Of a stretch of DNA of 64,000 nt, positions 36,841 through 49,989 are shown piece after piece. Made by a program: the position numbers and the translations under genes. The number at the start of each line of letters is the position of its first letter. The stretch's first letter is position 1. The notes below the pieces were generated by a model that had not been told where the DNA came from, did no database searches, and saw only the letters and a program-made list of their open reading frames with translations. The DNA is from Narcine bancroftii (lineage: Eukaryota): NCBI RefSeq assembly GCF_036971445.1, contig NC_091473.1:206212001-206276000 (forward strand), in the 5' to 3' direction.

Positions 36841-39800
36841 TAAAAAAAAAGACTTTATTTAATATTTTCAAATCAAAAACTTTAACGAAGTCCATAATTT
36901 AAAAATGAAAACTACAACTATCCCATCTCTTTCCACACACCCTCAGCAAACCCCAAAAGTGAAGCATTAGGAAAATTTAAAAAAATACATACAGGAGTTT
37001 TACATATTGCTAAATTCATTCATTTCAAATAAGGCAACCACATCTTTAAAAAAGTCATAATTATCATGCAAATTATATGTTATTTTCTCCATATAAATAC
37101 AGGATTGCAACTCATTATGCCAACGAATTACATATATCTCAACTTCGTCTTTCCAAGACATCGCAAGATATTTACATGCTATAACCAATGCTAAACATAA
37201 TAATGCTGTCTGAATTTTATCTATCCCCAAATCCATAAATGAAGCAGTATAACAAAACAATTTTTCTTCAATTTAACAAAAATTGGATTTTATACAAATT
37301 TTGAAGAAATTCCTCAATTCTATGCCAGAAATGATTGAATTTTATCACAAAGCCAAACGGAATGTAAAAAGTTTCTAAAACACGACTGTGAATTACTAAA
37401 TACATATTGTTTTCAATTTCGCAGAGGTTAGATGTTACTGATGGAAAAAATATAATTAATCATATTATATCTTACATTAAAGAATTAGGTCACACCATCA
37501 AACTACATCGACTCCCAATCGGCCTGATTAATATCAGAAGTTAAATAATTTTCCCATCTAATGTTTAATTTATCTAAATTTATTTTATCCATCGTTTCTT
37601 ATAACAACGCATACATCAAATAAATAAAACCCTTATTTGAAAAATGAGAAATCATAAACTCAAATTTTGTTAACTTTGGAATTTTCATTTCTCTTCCAAA
37701 ATTATCTTTCACTAACGCTCTTATTTGATAATAAACAAACAAATAATTCACTGCAATTCCAAATTTCTCTCTAAGTTCATTAAATGATAAAAGTCTACCT
37801 TGTTCAAATCAATCCTGCAACGACATTATCATTTAGTCTGCCATTCTCTTAGAAATCTATTATTCAATGAAAAAGGAATCCATTTATTTTTATATATTGG
37901 GGCTTGAACCAATATTTTACATTTCGAGCCTATTAATAAATTCCTTTTAGTCCAAATCACTAACACATGTTTTAAAATCAGTACATTATATCTCTCTAAT
38001 AAAACAGAATTCCACTTAAATACAAATTGATATGAATACAGTTCCGATATAGAGCCATTCCTAAGCTGGCCCAACTTGGGGGGCATGAAACATCCAGCCT
38101 ACAGTTAATAAATCTTAATTGAGCTGCTTCATAATAATTTTGAACATGAGGTAATTGTAAACCTCCCGAAGCATATATACAAGGCAATATATGTATCGCT
38201 ACACTGGATAATTTTCCCTTCCATAAAAATTCTAAAACTACTTTCTTTAAATCCTGAAAAAAAAGATTTCGAAAGTAAACAAGGAATCGACTGGAAAAGA
38301 TACTGAATTCGCAGAATGATATTCAACTTAATACAAATTACTCGATCTATTAATGATAAAGGTAAATCCTTCCATTTAATCACATCTGCCTTAATCTTTT
38401 TCATTAATGGTACTCAGTTTAAATTATACAATGATTGAATATTTAAATCAATCATTATCCCTAAATAATTTTATCAGTCCAACTGCGTTTAGTAACTGGT
38501 CTATTGGTCATAATTTCCCTCAGAATTTGGTAATATTTCACTTTTATCGCAGTTCACTTTATATCCTGATAATTTACCAAATTGTTCTAAATATTCTTGC
38601 AAGTAAATTAACGATCGTTCCGGATTAGTTACATATATCAAAACGTCATCAGCAAATTAATTAATTAATCATCTGTTACCCTTATACCTCAAATATTCTC
38701 ATTGTGACTAATAGCTTGAGCTAACGGATCAATGACCAACACAAATAGAGCTGGTGACAAAGTACAACCTTGACGAGTTGAATGCGATCATTTAAAGAAA
38801 AAATTGGTTTGACCATTTTTAGACAGCCTAGCAACGGGATTATTATATAATGCCTTTATCCAACCAATAATAACGGTCCAAAATTATATTTCTCCGAAAC
38901 TGTAAATAGAAAATTCCATTCGACCCTATCAAAAGCATTTTCAGAACCTAGAGCAACTACCATTGGTAGATTAGGTTGCTGACGTGAAGCGTTGATCAGT
39001 GAAATCACACTAAGAATATCGTCAGAGGCATACCTATCTTTAATAAAACAAGCCTGATCAGCATGTACCAATTGTGGAAAATATTTACCAAGTTTATTCG
39101 CCATTAATTTCGCTATTATTTTTCAAACTACATGTAATAAAGAGATTGGTCGATATGAAGTTACATTCAAAGGACCTCTATCTTTTTTGATATTATCTTT
39201 ATTATTGCACTTTGACCCGAGTCTCATAAAGCTTGCTCTTGCATTACTAGATCAAGAACATGCATAAATAAAGAAAACAAATCATCATAAAAAGATTTGT
39301 AAAATTTAACAGTGAACCCATCATCTCCTGGAGACTTCCTGTTAGTCATTTATTGAATAACATCCTTTATTTCTAAATCTGTAAAAGTAGAATCCAGTTT
39401 ACTCACATCATCTTCCCCTAATATTGCAAATTTAATTCTGACAAAAAAATATTCAATGGAACCATCATCTCGAACTCCCTCAGAAGCATATAATGGTTAG
39501 TAAAATGATAAAAATTGGTCATTGATTTCTTGAGGTTTAAAAGTAACTGAGCTATCCTTCCTCACAGTTCTCGATGCTATTGTTCTGTTTTCAATTGCCA
39601 GGCTAGAAACTTATGGGCTGTGTCCCCCAACTAATAATAACGTTGTTTACATCTTTGAATCAAACTTGTAAATTGATATGTTTGTAGTGTATTATATCGT
39701 ATCTTCAATTTAGGCAAAGCTGCCTTCTTAACCTCCGTACAATTCATCTGAAATTCTTTTTCCAAATCAGCTATCTGTTTTTCCAGTGACCGAGTGTTCA

Positions 39801-40980
39801 CCAAAAATTTCTTCTTTTCATTTGATGCTTAGCTAATACTTTGACCACGTAAAAACTCCTTCAAAGAATCCCATAAAGTTACACTACTCTGAACCGTATA
39901 CAAATCTGGAAAAGAAACAATTTGATCCATAATGAATTTTATAAATTCCGTTTTTTTTCAATAACATTCCATTAAACCTCCACTGAAAAGATGATTGAAT
40001 AACTTCAGGCCCAACACAAGAAATAAATAACAATGAATGATCAGAAATTATTCTACTCTTATATTCATCTTGAATAAAACGAGATTGCAAATGTGCTGAT
40101 GCCAAAAAAAATCAATCCTTGAAAATGAATCATGACATGAAGAATTAAATGAAAAATCTTTTTTTAATATAGCCACTAAATCAAACAACCACTAAACACC
40201 CCCCAAACAAAATAAAGCTTATACAAGGAAAAGAGGTTCTTGAAAAAATGTAGAAACTACAAAAGTAGGAACTCCCCACTTAACTGGTTGTGGAAAGAAA
40301 TAAAATACCCACACAGATGGTGGTTGACTTCTAAAAGCTTCAGCGACATCAACCCCCCCCCCCCCGCAACTGGACTTACAAAATTATGTTTAAGTCATCT
40401 TACAACCCCAATGGATTCAATCCAAAGGCTTGTTCTGGATCATCAACATCAATCAAACTCTTTGGCAGACTTGCCTTCCCATTCCCATTTCCATTCTTCG
40501 TATCAGGTATCCCCCTCATAGGTAAAGAATGCCTTTCAGTAGCCATGTCTGGCGAAGAATTAGCAAAAATTAAAGCATCATGATCACTCTCAGAAAACTG
40601 TGATTTGAAATTACCATAAATGTCTTGGAAACTGCAGGGTTAGGATATCTAAAAGAAAATTTATATCCCTTCATTCAAAGCACCTCTTGAGCAAGGTTAA
40701 ATTCTTTACGCCTTTTAATAATTTCTAGATTTAAATTCAGGAAAAAGAAAACCTGATATCCCAGTACTATTAACGGAGACTGATATTTTTGTGCATTGAG
40801 GACTGCGACTCTAAAAATAGTTTCCCTATCTTGATACCATAAACAATGAATCATAATAGCTCATGGAGGTTGACCCGGATATGGTTTGTTCTTAAAGTTC
40901 TGTGTGCCCCTATCTAATTCCAAACTTTATGGAAATAATTCAATAATTCGAATCCCAATGCTTCAGGGATCCATTAAAGA

Positions 40981-41024
<44 letters not shown>

Positions 41025-43095
41025 GTATGTATTTATATATATATATATGTATATACATATTTATATATAAATATGCATGTATATTCTTTCTTTGGCTTGG
41101 CTTCGTGGACGAAGATTTATGGAGGGGGTAAAAAGTCCACGTCAGCTGCAGGCTCGTTTGTGGCTGACAAGTCCGATGGGGGACAGGCAGACACGGTTGC
41201 AGCGGTTGCAGGGGAATATTGGTTGGTTGGGGTTGGGTGTTGGGTTTTTCCTCCTTTGCCCTTTGTCAGTGAGGTGGGTTCTGCGGTCTTCTTCAAAGGA
41301 GGTTGCTGCCCGCCAAACTGTGAGGCCCCAAGATGCACGGTTTGAGGCGTTATCAGCCCACTGGCGGTGGTCAATGTGGCAGGCACCAAGAGATTTCTTT
41401 AGGCAGTCCTTGTACATTTTCTTTGGTGCACCTCTGTCACGGTGGCCAGTGGAGAGCTCGCCATATAACACGATCTTGGGAAGGCGATGGTCCTCCATTC
41501 TGGAAACGTGACCCATCCAGCGCAGCTGGATCTTCAGCAGCGTGTCTTGATGCTGTCGACCTCTGCCATCTCGAGTACTTCGACGTTAGGGATGAAAGCG
41601 CTCCAATGGATGTTGAGGATGGAGCGGAGACAACGCTGGTGGAAGCGTTCTAGGAGCCGTATGTGGTGCCGGTAGAGGACCCATGATTCAGAGCCGAACA
41701 GGAGTGTGGGTATGACAACGGCTCTGTATACGCTTATGTTTGTGAGGTTTTTCAGTTGGTTGTTTTTCCAGACTCTTTTGTGTAGTCTTCCAAAGGCGCT
41801 ATTTGCCTTGGCGAGTCTGTTGTCTATCTCNNNNNNNNNNNNNNNNNNNNNNNNNNNNNNNNNNNNNNNNNNNNNNNNNNNNNNNNNNNNNNNNNNNNNN
41901 NNNNNNNNNNNNNNNNNNNNNNNNNNNNNNNNNNNNNNNNNNNNNNNNNNNNNNNNNNNNNNNNNNNNNNNNNNNNNNNNNNNNNNNNNNNNNNNNNNNN
42001 NNNNNNNNNTAATTCCTTCCAGAATCCCCACTATTTTCACATTATTCCTGCGGCTTTGGTTTTCCAACGAGTCTATCTTCTTCATTAAGTCCTGCTTTTG
42101 AATTTCCTATCCAACAAAGGAATCTTCCACTTTTTCTATTTTTTTCTTTATTACGTTCAATTCGGTCTATACAGACTTGAAATGCACCTTGCATTCTCTT
42201 AAAATGGTTTTGAACTGTATCCAGAATATTCAAGCATCTTATGAGTAGAAACTTCTTCACAAATATTATTCATTATTTCGGTCATGTTCATAAATCCATG
42301 GTCAATCAGATTAGACATTTGTATTGACATGTTTCCCATTTGATGAGCTATCGATTACAAAATTGTGAAAAGAGCATCAAATATAGTGTCTCTAGCCTAT
42401 CTTTGAGGCCTACCGTCTTTCGCTTCAGTGATTCTTCTTCCATTGCTTCAGTTTGAAAATACGTTTTCCCTTATTATTCTTTTAATTCTATTAACGATTT
42501 TGGCATTTTGCTTCTGGTCTGCATGCCTACAGACCCAGTCCCGACGTGATTAGCCCATCGCTGACCAACTTCGCTGACATCCAAAAGACTATCAAGAAGA
42601 TCGCGGAACCGGAACGCACCGTGCATGCCCAGCAGCATTTGGGCTCGTGTATGCGCGTCTTCCAACACACTTTCTCGGTCTTCCGCGCTGCTGGGATCCA
42701 CAGCGGTGTGGCGTACCGGGCCCAACACTGAGACTCCCGCAACTATACAGTGTGCATGACATTGCGAGCCCACTAATCAAGATATGAAGAAAAAATTGGA
42801 AGTATTGGGGTAATATTATGCAACCGCAGTGGGTTGCTGCTTAGGTGGCTGTCCAATCGATTCCGTGGATTCCACTTCGTAAGTAGGGCTCATTCCTTCT
42901 CTACGCTTAAAAGGAAGTTTATTCTGAGTCTGTGCTTTTGATTTATTTGTGTGATCAGCCATTATTGTCTTTTAACATTCAGACTTCACAGCAAACTTTC
43001 AAGACTTTTTAATACTTTAATTCGGATATTTATTAGTCCAACTGGGGGAAGACGGAATTACACTTCTTCCTTTGCCATCAGCCCACTTCCCCCGT
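36841..43095 (-). mobile_element. Near-full-length decayed L1-clade LINE
   Basis: G-rich 5' end at 43093; ORF1 MKKIDSLENQSRRNNVKIVGI; ORF2 motifs [24 protein letters not shown] and FADD; AATAAA tail near 36855. TSD AT(G/A)TGTGTCTTT at 36829-36840 / 43096-43107. Confidence 0.9.
40982..42009 (-). mobile_element. RTE LINE 3' fragment with a (TA)n-rich tail, inserted in L1 ORF1 (5' end in an assembly gap)
   Basis: 41088-41830 is nearly identical to 33653-34392. L1 ORF1 continues on both sides. Confidence 0.92.
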
Positions 43096-44004
43096 ATATG
43101 TGTCTTTAGCTCCACATGCGGCAGTGAAGCAACAACCCGATCAAAGAAAAAGCTCATATTTTCCAGCGAAGACCGACTAGTGGGCCCAGCCAGGTAAACA
43201 GAGGTTAATCAAAGGTACCCAAAGATAACAACACCGAGGTCACTGTAACAGTTAGGCATTTGAACAAGTCATCCATTAAACGACCGTGCATTGGAAACAA
43301 TGTATAGGACCTCTCGACAAGAAAGGTCTCCATTACCATAACCGGAAGCACTTCAGTGTTCAGAGCAAAGTTATCATTGCATCAAATGAAATCAACAAAA
43401 TATGGAATTAAGCAAAAAGACCAAAAAAAAACAGAGTTGAGAGTTACAGGCTTTTATTTAATTTCAGTTTGATTTCAGCACACAAGGCCAGTCAACATAA
43501 GACTTGGAAGCAAATATCGCTGCTGTCGACGTCAAGACCGATGAAGCACAAAGATCGACTTCCATTCCTCGCATCTTTCAAGTGAATATACAGTATCTGG
43601 AAAATAAAATAAATCAGAGGAATTTAGAGAACAGAGGTACAAGAAGAATCACACAAATATAAGGATGCGACAATTTCCGCCTCATGGTTTATGGCGATCC
43701 TATTCAGGGTTGCTACTATTTTTGGAAAACAGAGTTGAAGTGCTCACCTTTTATCTACGTAGGAATTTTTGCCATGTGAAATGGTATTGACAATGCTGAA
43801 AGACGAAAGGAACTGCTCACATTTACCACGCGAGACTCTCAGTTTAATACAACAATTAGCTTCGTTTGTCTCTATATATGAGTGCAATGTCTGGTTGTAT
43901 GTGAGCGTATTTTTACACTGAGGACCGCAGATTGATGTTTCATCGCATTGTACCTGTACAATCAGATGAAAATAACCTGATTTGAATTGATTTGATTTGA
44001 CTGA

Positions 44005-44286
44005 CCTCACTTCATTTCCGTCCTCAGGCAGACGTTGAGTCTGAATTGGAAGAACTAAAAATATTATACGGCTTATCCTGATGTCGTCTGCTTTGCCACT
44101 GTGACATCAACTAGGCCAACCAAAAGAGGATACATAGGAACTACCATTATCATGTCTACTGCGACACCAGTGTATCGAAATTTTCGACTACTGCCATCAA
44201 GGATGCATGACAATACTTCATCGCTCGGTTATTGGATCTTCAGAACACGTGGCTGAGTTTCACGTTACTGAATATAGGCAAAAACA
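44005..44286 (+). pseudogene. Probable decayed TCR V relic downstream of a LINE tail
   Basis: Reads PHFISVLRQTLSLNWK..YYTAYPDVVCF ... AIKDA..SSLGYWIFR, then CACGTG and a nonamer GCAAAAACA (44278-44286) at non-canonical spacing. Confidence 0.45.
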
Positions 44287-44481
44287 AAAGAGCACGGAAA
44301 ATGCAATATAAATGACGCAGAGATGGTCTGGGGTGGAATCAGAGCGGCTTCGGGATGGACAGGAGCCGATGGACTGTGAAATGATCATGGACATGGACAA
44401 ACCTAAACGAATATGCCACGGCTGTTACGGACTTTTCAGGAATACATGGACGATGATATTTCTGCTCTACCTAAATCAGAA

Positions 44482-44484
<3 letters not shown>

Positions 44485-44557
<73 letters not shown>
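44485..44557. repeat. (CT)n microsatellite
   Basis: Perfect dinucleotide run. (GA)n runs also occur at ~45205-45245 and ~12565-12605. Confidence 0.98.
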
Positions 44558-44561
<4 letters not shown>

Positions 44562-45201
44562 AGCTTTGTCTCTGTCATTTCCGTGAGCGAGTATGAGGGA
44601 GTAAAGTAAAGATAACATAAGCATTTATTGTCATCGATGGATAACTATTCACATCCACGAGAAAATGTGACAGGGGAGTGAGAAGCTGAGTGAGACATCA
44701 CGTGACAGAGGGAAAGAAATAGAGACTGTGCAAAGAGAAACAGTTGCGCAAATGTCACAGTTCTTGATTCTGGACAGAGTTTTCACTGCTTTTTAACTGT
44801 TCATTATGATCAAATNNNNNNNNNNNNNNNNNNNNNNNNNNNNNNNNNNNNNNNNNNNNNNNNNNNNNNNNNNNNNNNNNNNNNNNNNNNNNNNNNNNNN
44901 NNNNNNNNNNNNNNNNNNNNNNNNNNNNNNNNNNNNNNNNNNNNNNNNNNNNNNNNNNNNNNNNNNNNNNNAGTTGAGTCAAGCGGTAATTGTCTCACAC
45001 AAATGCAGTATGCAGATGCACCGACAATATTATTTGCTTACGCTATCGAAGTAGGTACAACGCAGTAATAACTAATGACTAGATAAATCCAATGAAAAAT
45101 AATGATATAATTGGATGGTTATATATACTTAGACGGAATAAGAAAAGCCGAGAGTGAATGTGAGGCAGACATAGAGAGACGGAGAAATGAAGGCAGAGAG
45201 A

Positions 45202-45248
<47 letters not shown>

Positions 45249-45554
45249 GTAAATAAAGAATGTGGAAGACAGAATAACAGAGAAAGTGTGAGAGATTAAC
45301 TGAAAGAGAGAGTGAGAAAGGTGAGATAGGAATGAAACAGATAAACAGGCAAATGACCGAGTTGAGGAACGCACTGATTGTCATTATGGAACTTTCAGCT
45401 GTAGCAGACCAACCAATCCCGTATCTGGGATGCTTCCGTTGGGTCCTGAAGAGGTGAAGAGCCCACACCCCATTTTTCACCCTTACTTAGTTCAGTTAGT
45501 AACGAGGTATGATAATTTTGAAAGCATTCCTTTGAAGCTAGAACAGATCCAAAG

Positions 45555-46008
45555 ATGGCTCTCTGCTGCTCCACAATTGAAATAGTATTTCTGCACAATG
45601 AGCTTCATCGTGAATGGTTTATACTTTGTAATGATTCAGAATATATGCGGAAGGTTCACAATTGATTTGGTGTGTTACAGAAGCGATTGACAAAGATTCA
45701 ATGTCACAGCCTTCAACTGAAATTACTGTCCTGGAAGGGCGTTACTCCGAACTGCAGCTATTTGCCAACATCTTTACTGAACAGTCTTCTTTGATCTATC
45801 AAAAAGCCCGACTATTTCCCAAGATATATTCGTAGAAAGCGTTCAACTCTGACGTAGTGAACCGATCTTCTGATTTCAATGAAGATTTTCTTCTCGTTTA
45901 TCCAATGAAAATGGTACCATTACAGCGCATTTCACAGACGTTTGTATCCGTTTCTGTGATATATACCTGCACGGTGCCGCGAAAGATATCGTGTCCTCTA
46001 CTAAATAA
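45555..46008 (+). pseudogene. TCR V pseudogene with 23-RSS
   Basis: Leader MALCCSTIEIVFLH with donor GT>AT; acceptor TTACAG at 45680. Exon reads EAIDKDSMSQPSTEITVLEG/VTPNCSYLPTSLLNSLL*SIKKPDYFPRYI..ISQTFVSVSVIYTC. RSS is CACGGTG (45970-45976), 23 bp, ACTAAATAA. Confidence 0.85.
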
Positions 46009-48178
46009 TTCGCATTGAGAGATTATGAAAACACCCGGCAGAGAAGGTTCTCATGCGGACAGAAAGAGGAACATCCGGGAATTTCGGGATAATTCCTTCA
46101 GTGAACAAACACTCCATGCACCCTGCAGAGTAGATTTTATATAGCTCAACTGTACCACGCAAGAGAAATCAGGGATTATGCCAGAGCCGACAACCACAAA
46201 TGTTGCAGGACGTGCGTGATGATATCTGGCAAATTACGCTACTTTTTCTTCCAGATGTCTCCAGATTACCACCGACTAAAATTATGCAAGAAATGCAGAA
46301 AATATAAGCTTATGGCTATTCAATATATAATTTCTTAGCCTGCGTCTTCGTGGTTTTTGTATGAAACTATAAAGTGCGCCATCATACAGCCACAGCTCGC
46401 CCACTGTGAATTCAGAAAGGGAAGAAATTCAGGACTCATTCCGTCGGTTCTGGACATATCTCCGTTTGAGGACGCTAGGGTTGGAAAATTGAATCTTTGC
46501 TTTGATGCTGACCGCACAGTTGGAAAGTAACACATGTTTGAAATTGAACGCCACCCTTTCTTCTGACACTTGGCTCGCTGAGACAGACTATAGTGATCCG
46601 TTATCTGTATTTTTAACGCCTGCAGAAATTAAAAGAATAATGCTATCTAAAAATGTTAAAAATGTGTTAGAATATGTTGCATGATAGAGAAAGCAAATTG
46701 TTACTGACATCGGCGCCTGACATAGGAAGGCTGGCAATTTATGAACTCACCGGTGAATGGCCCTGACCGCAACGAGTGAATAGGAGCATGGGAATTATTT
46801 GCAAAAGCAATTGACTATTCGTAACGGAAAGGACCGACATTGAAAGTACTGCGCACGTGCAGCCGCTTGTCATAATCGGTGCCTCTGATGATGGATTATT
46901 CGAGCCAGAGTACAAGGAGGAGACTAACACAGGCTCACGCAGATACATTGCAAATCCTCTGTTCTCCTATGTCGAAAACAGCACAGGGTGGGACAATTCT
47001 TCTGCTCCTTTGGGAAATTGGGTGAAGTTTAAAGTCAAATGTCGAGCGAGGAACGGAAGGGAAATTAATCGATGTGTTCTTTCTTATATTCCCTATTATT
47101 TCAGATTTAAGATTTGTTCACGAATGTTCCCGAGATCATGGAGTAATTTTAACGTCGCTACAGTCACTAAACAATCAAAACATAACACTGTCATGCATTA
47201 AACATCTCCTTCGACATGAAGTTCAAATGATAAACTTAATATAACTTAATAATTAGGGTAATGTGTAACATTTTAAATACCAAGCTCAGTGTTTGTGTGA
47301 CGTAATGCCCTGTTTTAACATGAAAAAGATTTGTGTTTTCAACTAATAACTCAGATATAAGATTCTAGAAGTAATGGGGGTCTTTTACAACTCACTATCT
47401 TACTTTATAAATTCACTCCAATGCAATTAAATTGTTTGATTTGTGCCTGTTTATTTTATTATCTTAGATTTTCGTTTAGTAATTTTCAAACGTAGCATTT
47501 GGCAACAGGGTACTATTTTCTTATTTCCTCTATTTTTGTATTTTACCAAAATATTAGAATATTAATTATGGATATGATTTACAATTTAAGTGTGTTAGTA
47601 ATAAATGGAATATCCTATTTAGTTTATGTAATTGTCCACAGTATCTTACTGAATTGTACCCTTTTTATGATATTTATTAAAAGGTATAAAATATTTTAAA
47701 AAGAAGGGATGGTAACCTTTAACAGCACGAGTTAAAAATAAGGAGCGAGATGATCTCCCCAGGTCAGTCTCCCGTCAATGGAGACAAATGGTCAGTCAAC
47801 AATTCGGGGCGTAAACGGTATCATGACTCCCTCCTCCAAAAATTGTGAAACAATCATCCGGGAATTGTGAGGTGAGTCAGTCGTGGCGGGTCCAACCGAG
47901 GGTAAATCGATGTGATGTAATCATACATACTTGATGACGGTTTAAACATATGACTTGAATTCGAGGGGAATGTAGCTTTACGTTCTAGACATTTGAGGCT
48001 CTACTTTCCACTAATGAGGGAATTTAGTAAAAGGAAGATATTCAATGGTATTTCGGTGGTGAACCTAAAGCATTGAGTGAAGGCTTATGCAAATTATTTC
48101 TCCCAGAATTGCGCTTCCACTGACTTGAGGCGAAGAACCCACACAGGCTTTGGGTTGCTGGAGACAGCGGTCAAGGGC

Positions 48179-48380
48179 TTCGCACTAGGCTGTGGAATGC
48201 TGGAGATTGGGTTGTAATTGTCTGAAAGGTTACCAGGTATTGGAGCAGGATTCAAGAGGGGGACGAGTCCGCTGAAGGGATTCGCACTAGACTATGGAAT
48301 GCTGGAGATTGGGTTGTAATTTGATGAAAGGTTACCCGGTATTGGAAACAGGATTTAAGGGGGGACGAGTCCGCTGAATG
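48179..48380. repeat. Tandem duplication of ~100 bp (2 copies)
   Basis: TTCGCACTAG.CT.TGGAATGCTGGAGATTGGGTTGTAATT..GGGGGACGAGTCCGCTGAA is repeated head to tail. Confidence 0.85.
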
Positions 48381-49989
48381 GTTCCGAACCATATTGGGGG
48401 TTCGCCTCTGAATCTCAGTTTGCCGTTGGTTTGGACTGTAATCATGAACTGTGTTAATCCTGCAGCATGAGATTGCTGCAATGCCTTCTGTTAAATCAGG
48501 TATCATGGAGAAAAGTATATGCATATAGTATATTCAAGCTCACCTGCACACCTCACCGAAAATGACACACTCACACTGGTCCAATTTATCAATCCTATCA
48601 ATTAATTTGTCCGTCGAAATTTTTAATTAAATTTGCAACAATACCACCTCAGTTACCCCTATGATAGCTTGCTCCATTCACCCACCACATACAATTTATT
48701 CTGTGTTCTGTGGCGGCGGAGTTTGCGGTGGCACTGGATGTGAATGCACGGACATTCGTAGACTCCAGGGGAACTCTTTATTTCTTACCTTTCTTAATCT
48801 GACTGTAATAGGTGCTTCAGGAAGTTTTTGCCAATGACGAATCTGTCCAATTACAGCAGTCAACATCATTTTTTTTGTAATAAGACACTTTTATTACCTG
48901 ACGATAAATTTAATATTGAATCCTGAATCTTGACTCTTGAATCTATTGAATTGGATCCTAATAGGTGACCTTAATAAACCGTGTGTTGTGGGTGAATGTG
49001 GGTGAATTTCCTGTGCTTTTCAATCAGGATGAGCATCGAATTGCATAACCTTGCATGTCCTATTGGTTTTGCGATCAGGAGAAAAATCTCCTTGATTTTT
49101 CTAATCCAGTCGTCTTGTTGATAATCGAATCACAATCCAACAAATAATTTGTGGTAAAACATTCTTTGTGTCTGTTCTGAATTGCTAAGGAAATATATTG
49201 CAAAACATTGCAAGAGAATTACATATATTTCAGACACAGGCATGCATGTACTCAATCATAGCGAGCGAGTGGGGGCTGGGGTGGGGAGGGGGGGAGAGAG
49301 AGAGAGCGAGAGGGAAATGAATGACCTGCGATCGAGCACGCGGGGACGAGAAACGTATATCCAGATATTTCCTCATTTGTAAGTGGCCATCATATAAGAA
49401 CAGCAGATCCGCCCATATTCTCGCGTCAAGCAAAGAACCTGCGCTTGATCAGTGTCACATTAGAAATACCAAATCCACATCAGACACACAGTGAAACCTA
49501 TTCACTCTTCCCCATTTGTTTCCTAATCGCTCAACCCTCTCTGGTTGACGCTGAATATGTCATCTGTGTTTCACAGTGAGACCCTTTTTCAATGGATCTG
49601 CTGTGCCTCGTGTCTTCAGTTCAGTTCCAATCTAATCACAGTTTTCATGTTTAGTTGCAGGGGACTTTGGCGATGGTTTGTTATTGCGTACTTAATTATG
49701 TGTCGAGTAGGTGGGTTAGGTAAACGAAACAAATTACCTCACTGGACACAACGAAACATGCTAGACAAGGTAGAGAGGGGGAGAGAGATCCAACGGCGTG
49801 GCGTCTGCTCCCTGCCAATATTAGATTCAAATAATGCGTCCTCGTGGAGCTCGCACATGCGCAACATGCTGTTGAACTGCAATGCGGCTATCGTGAGTGC
49901 AGAGAAGCTGATGACAGCGGAAATCTACGTCCCTGACATGTCACAGTGAATATGTATACCTTCCACAATTGCAATAGTACATACATTCA

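Larger units (their letters stand above)
36549..43153 (+). pseudogene. TCR V pseudogene split at the Cys104 codon by an L1 (exon 36549-36840; last codons and RSS at 43096-43153)
   Basis: Acceptor TTTTGCAG; exon reads GANGTDSKNQCPPELNVEELQN/RLNYC..IL*FLQYPGETPVYVPKILPTAYSDRSPNFTVRCFA..SAENVC. Beyond the L1 come AGCTC+CACATG..AAGCAACA..AGAAAAAGC..TCCAGCG, resembling the intact V's RSS and downstream flank. Confidence 0.8.

Noticed and set aside
43120-43199. J-like segment (GGCAGTG, KLIFSSEDRLV.., G/GTAAAC)
   Set aside because: It lacks FGxG and is one base out of register. It overlaps the displaced RSS and flank of the V split by the L1, which explains it better.
35578-46008. Possible NAR-TCR or IgH-like V-D-J cassette
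   Set aside because: No RSS-flanked D, convincing J, leaderless supporting V or IgH/NAR-type framework motifs were found. The readable Vs look like conventional TCR alpha/delta Vs.
48179-48380. CRISPR-like or functional repeat array
   Set aside because: There are only two tandem units with no spacers, in a eukaryotic context.
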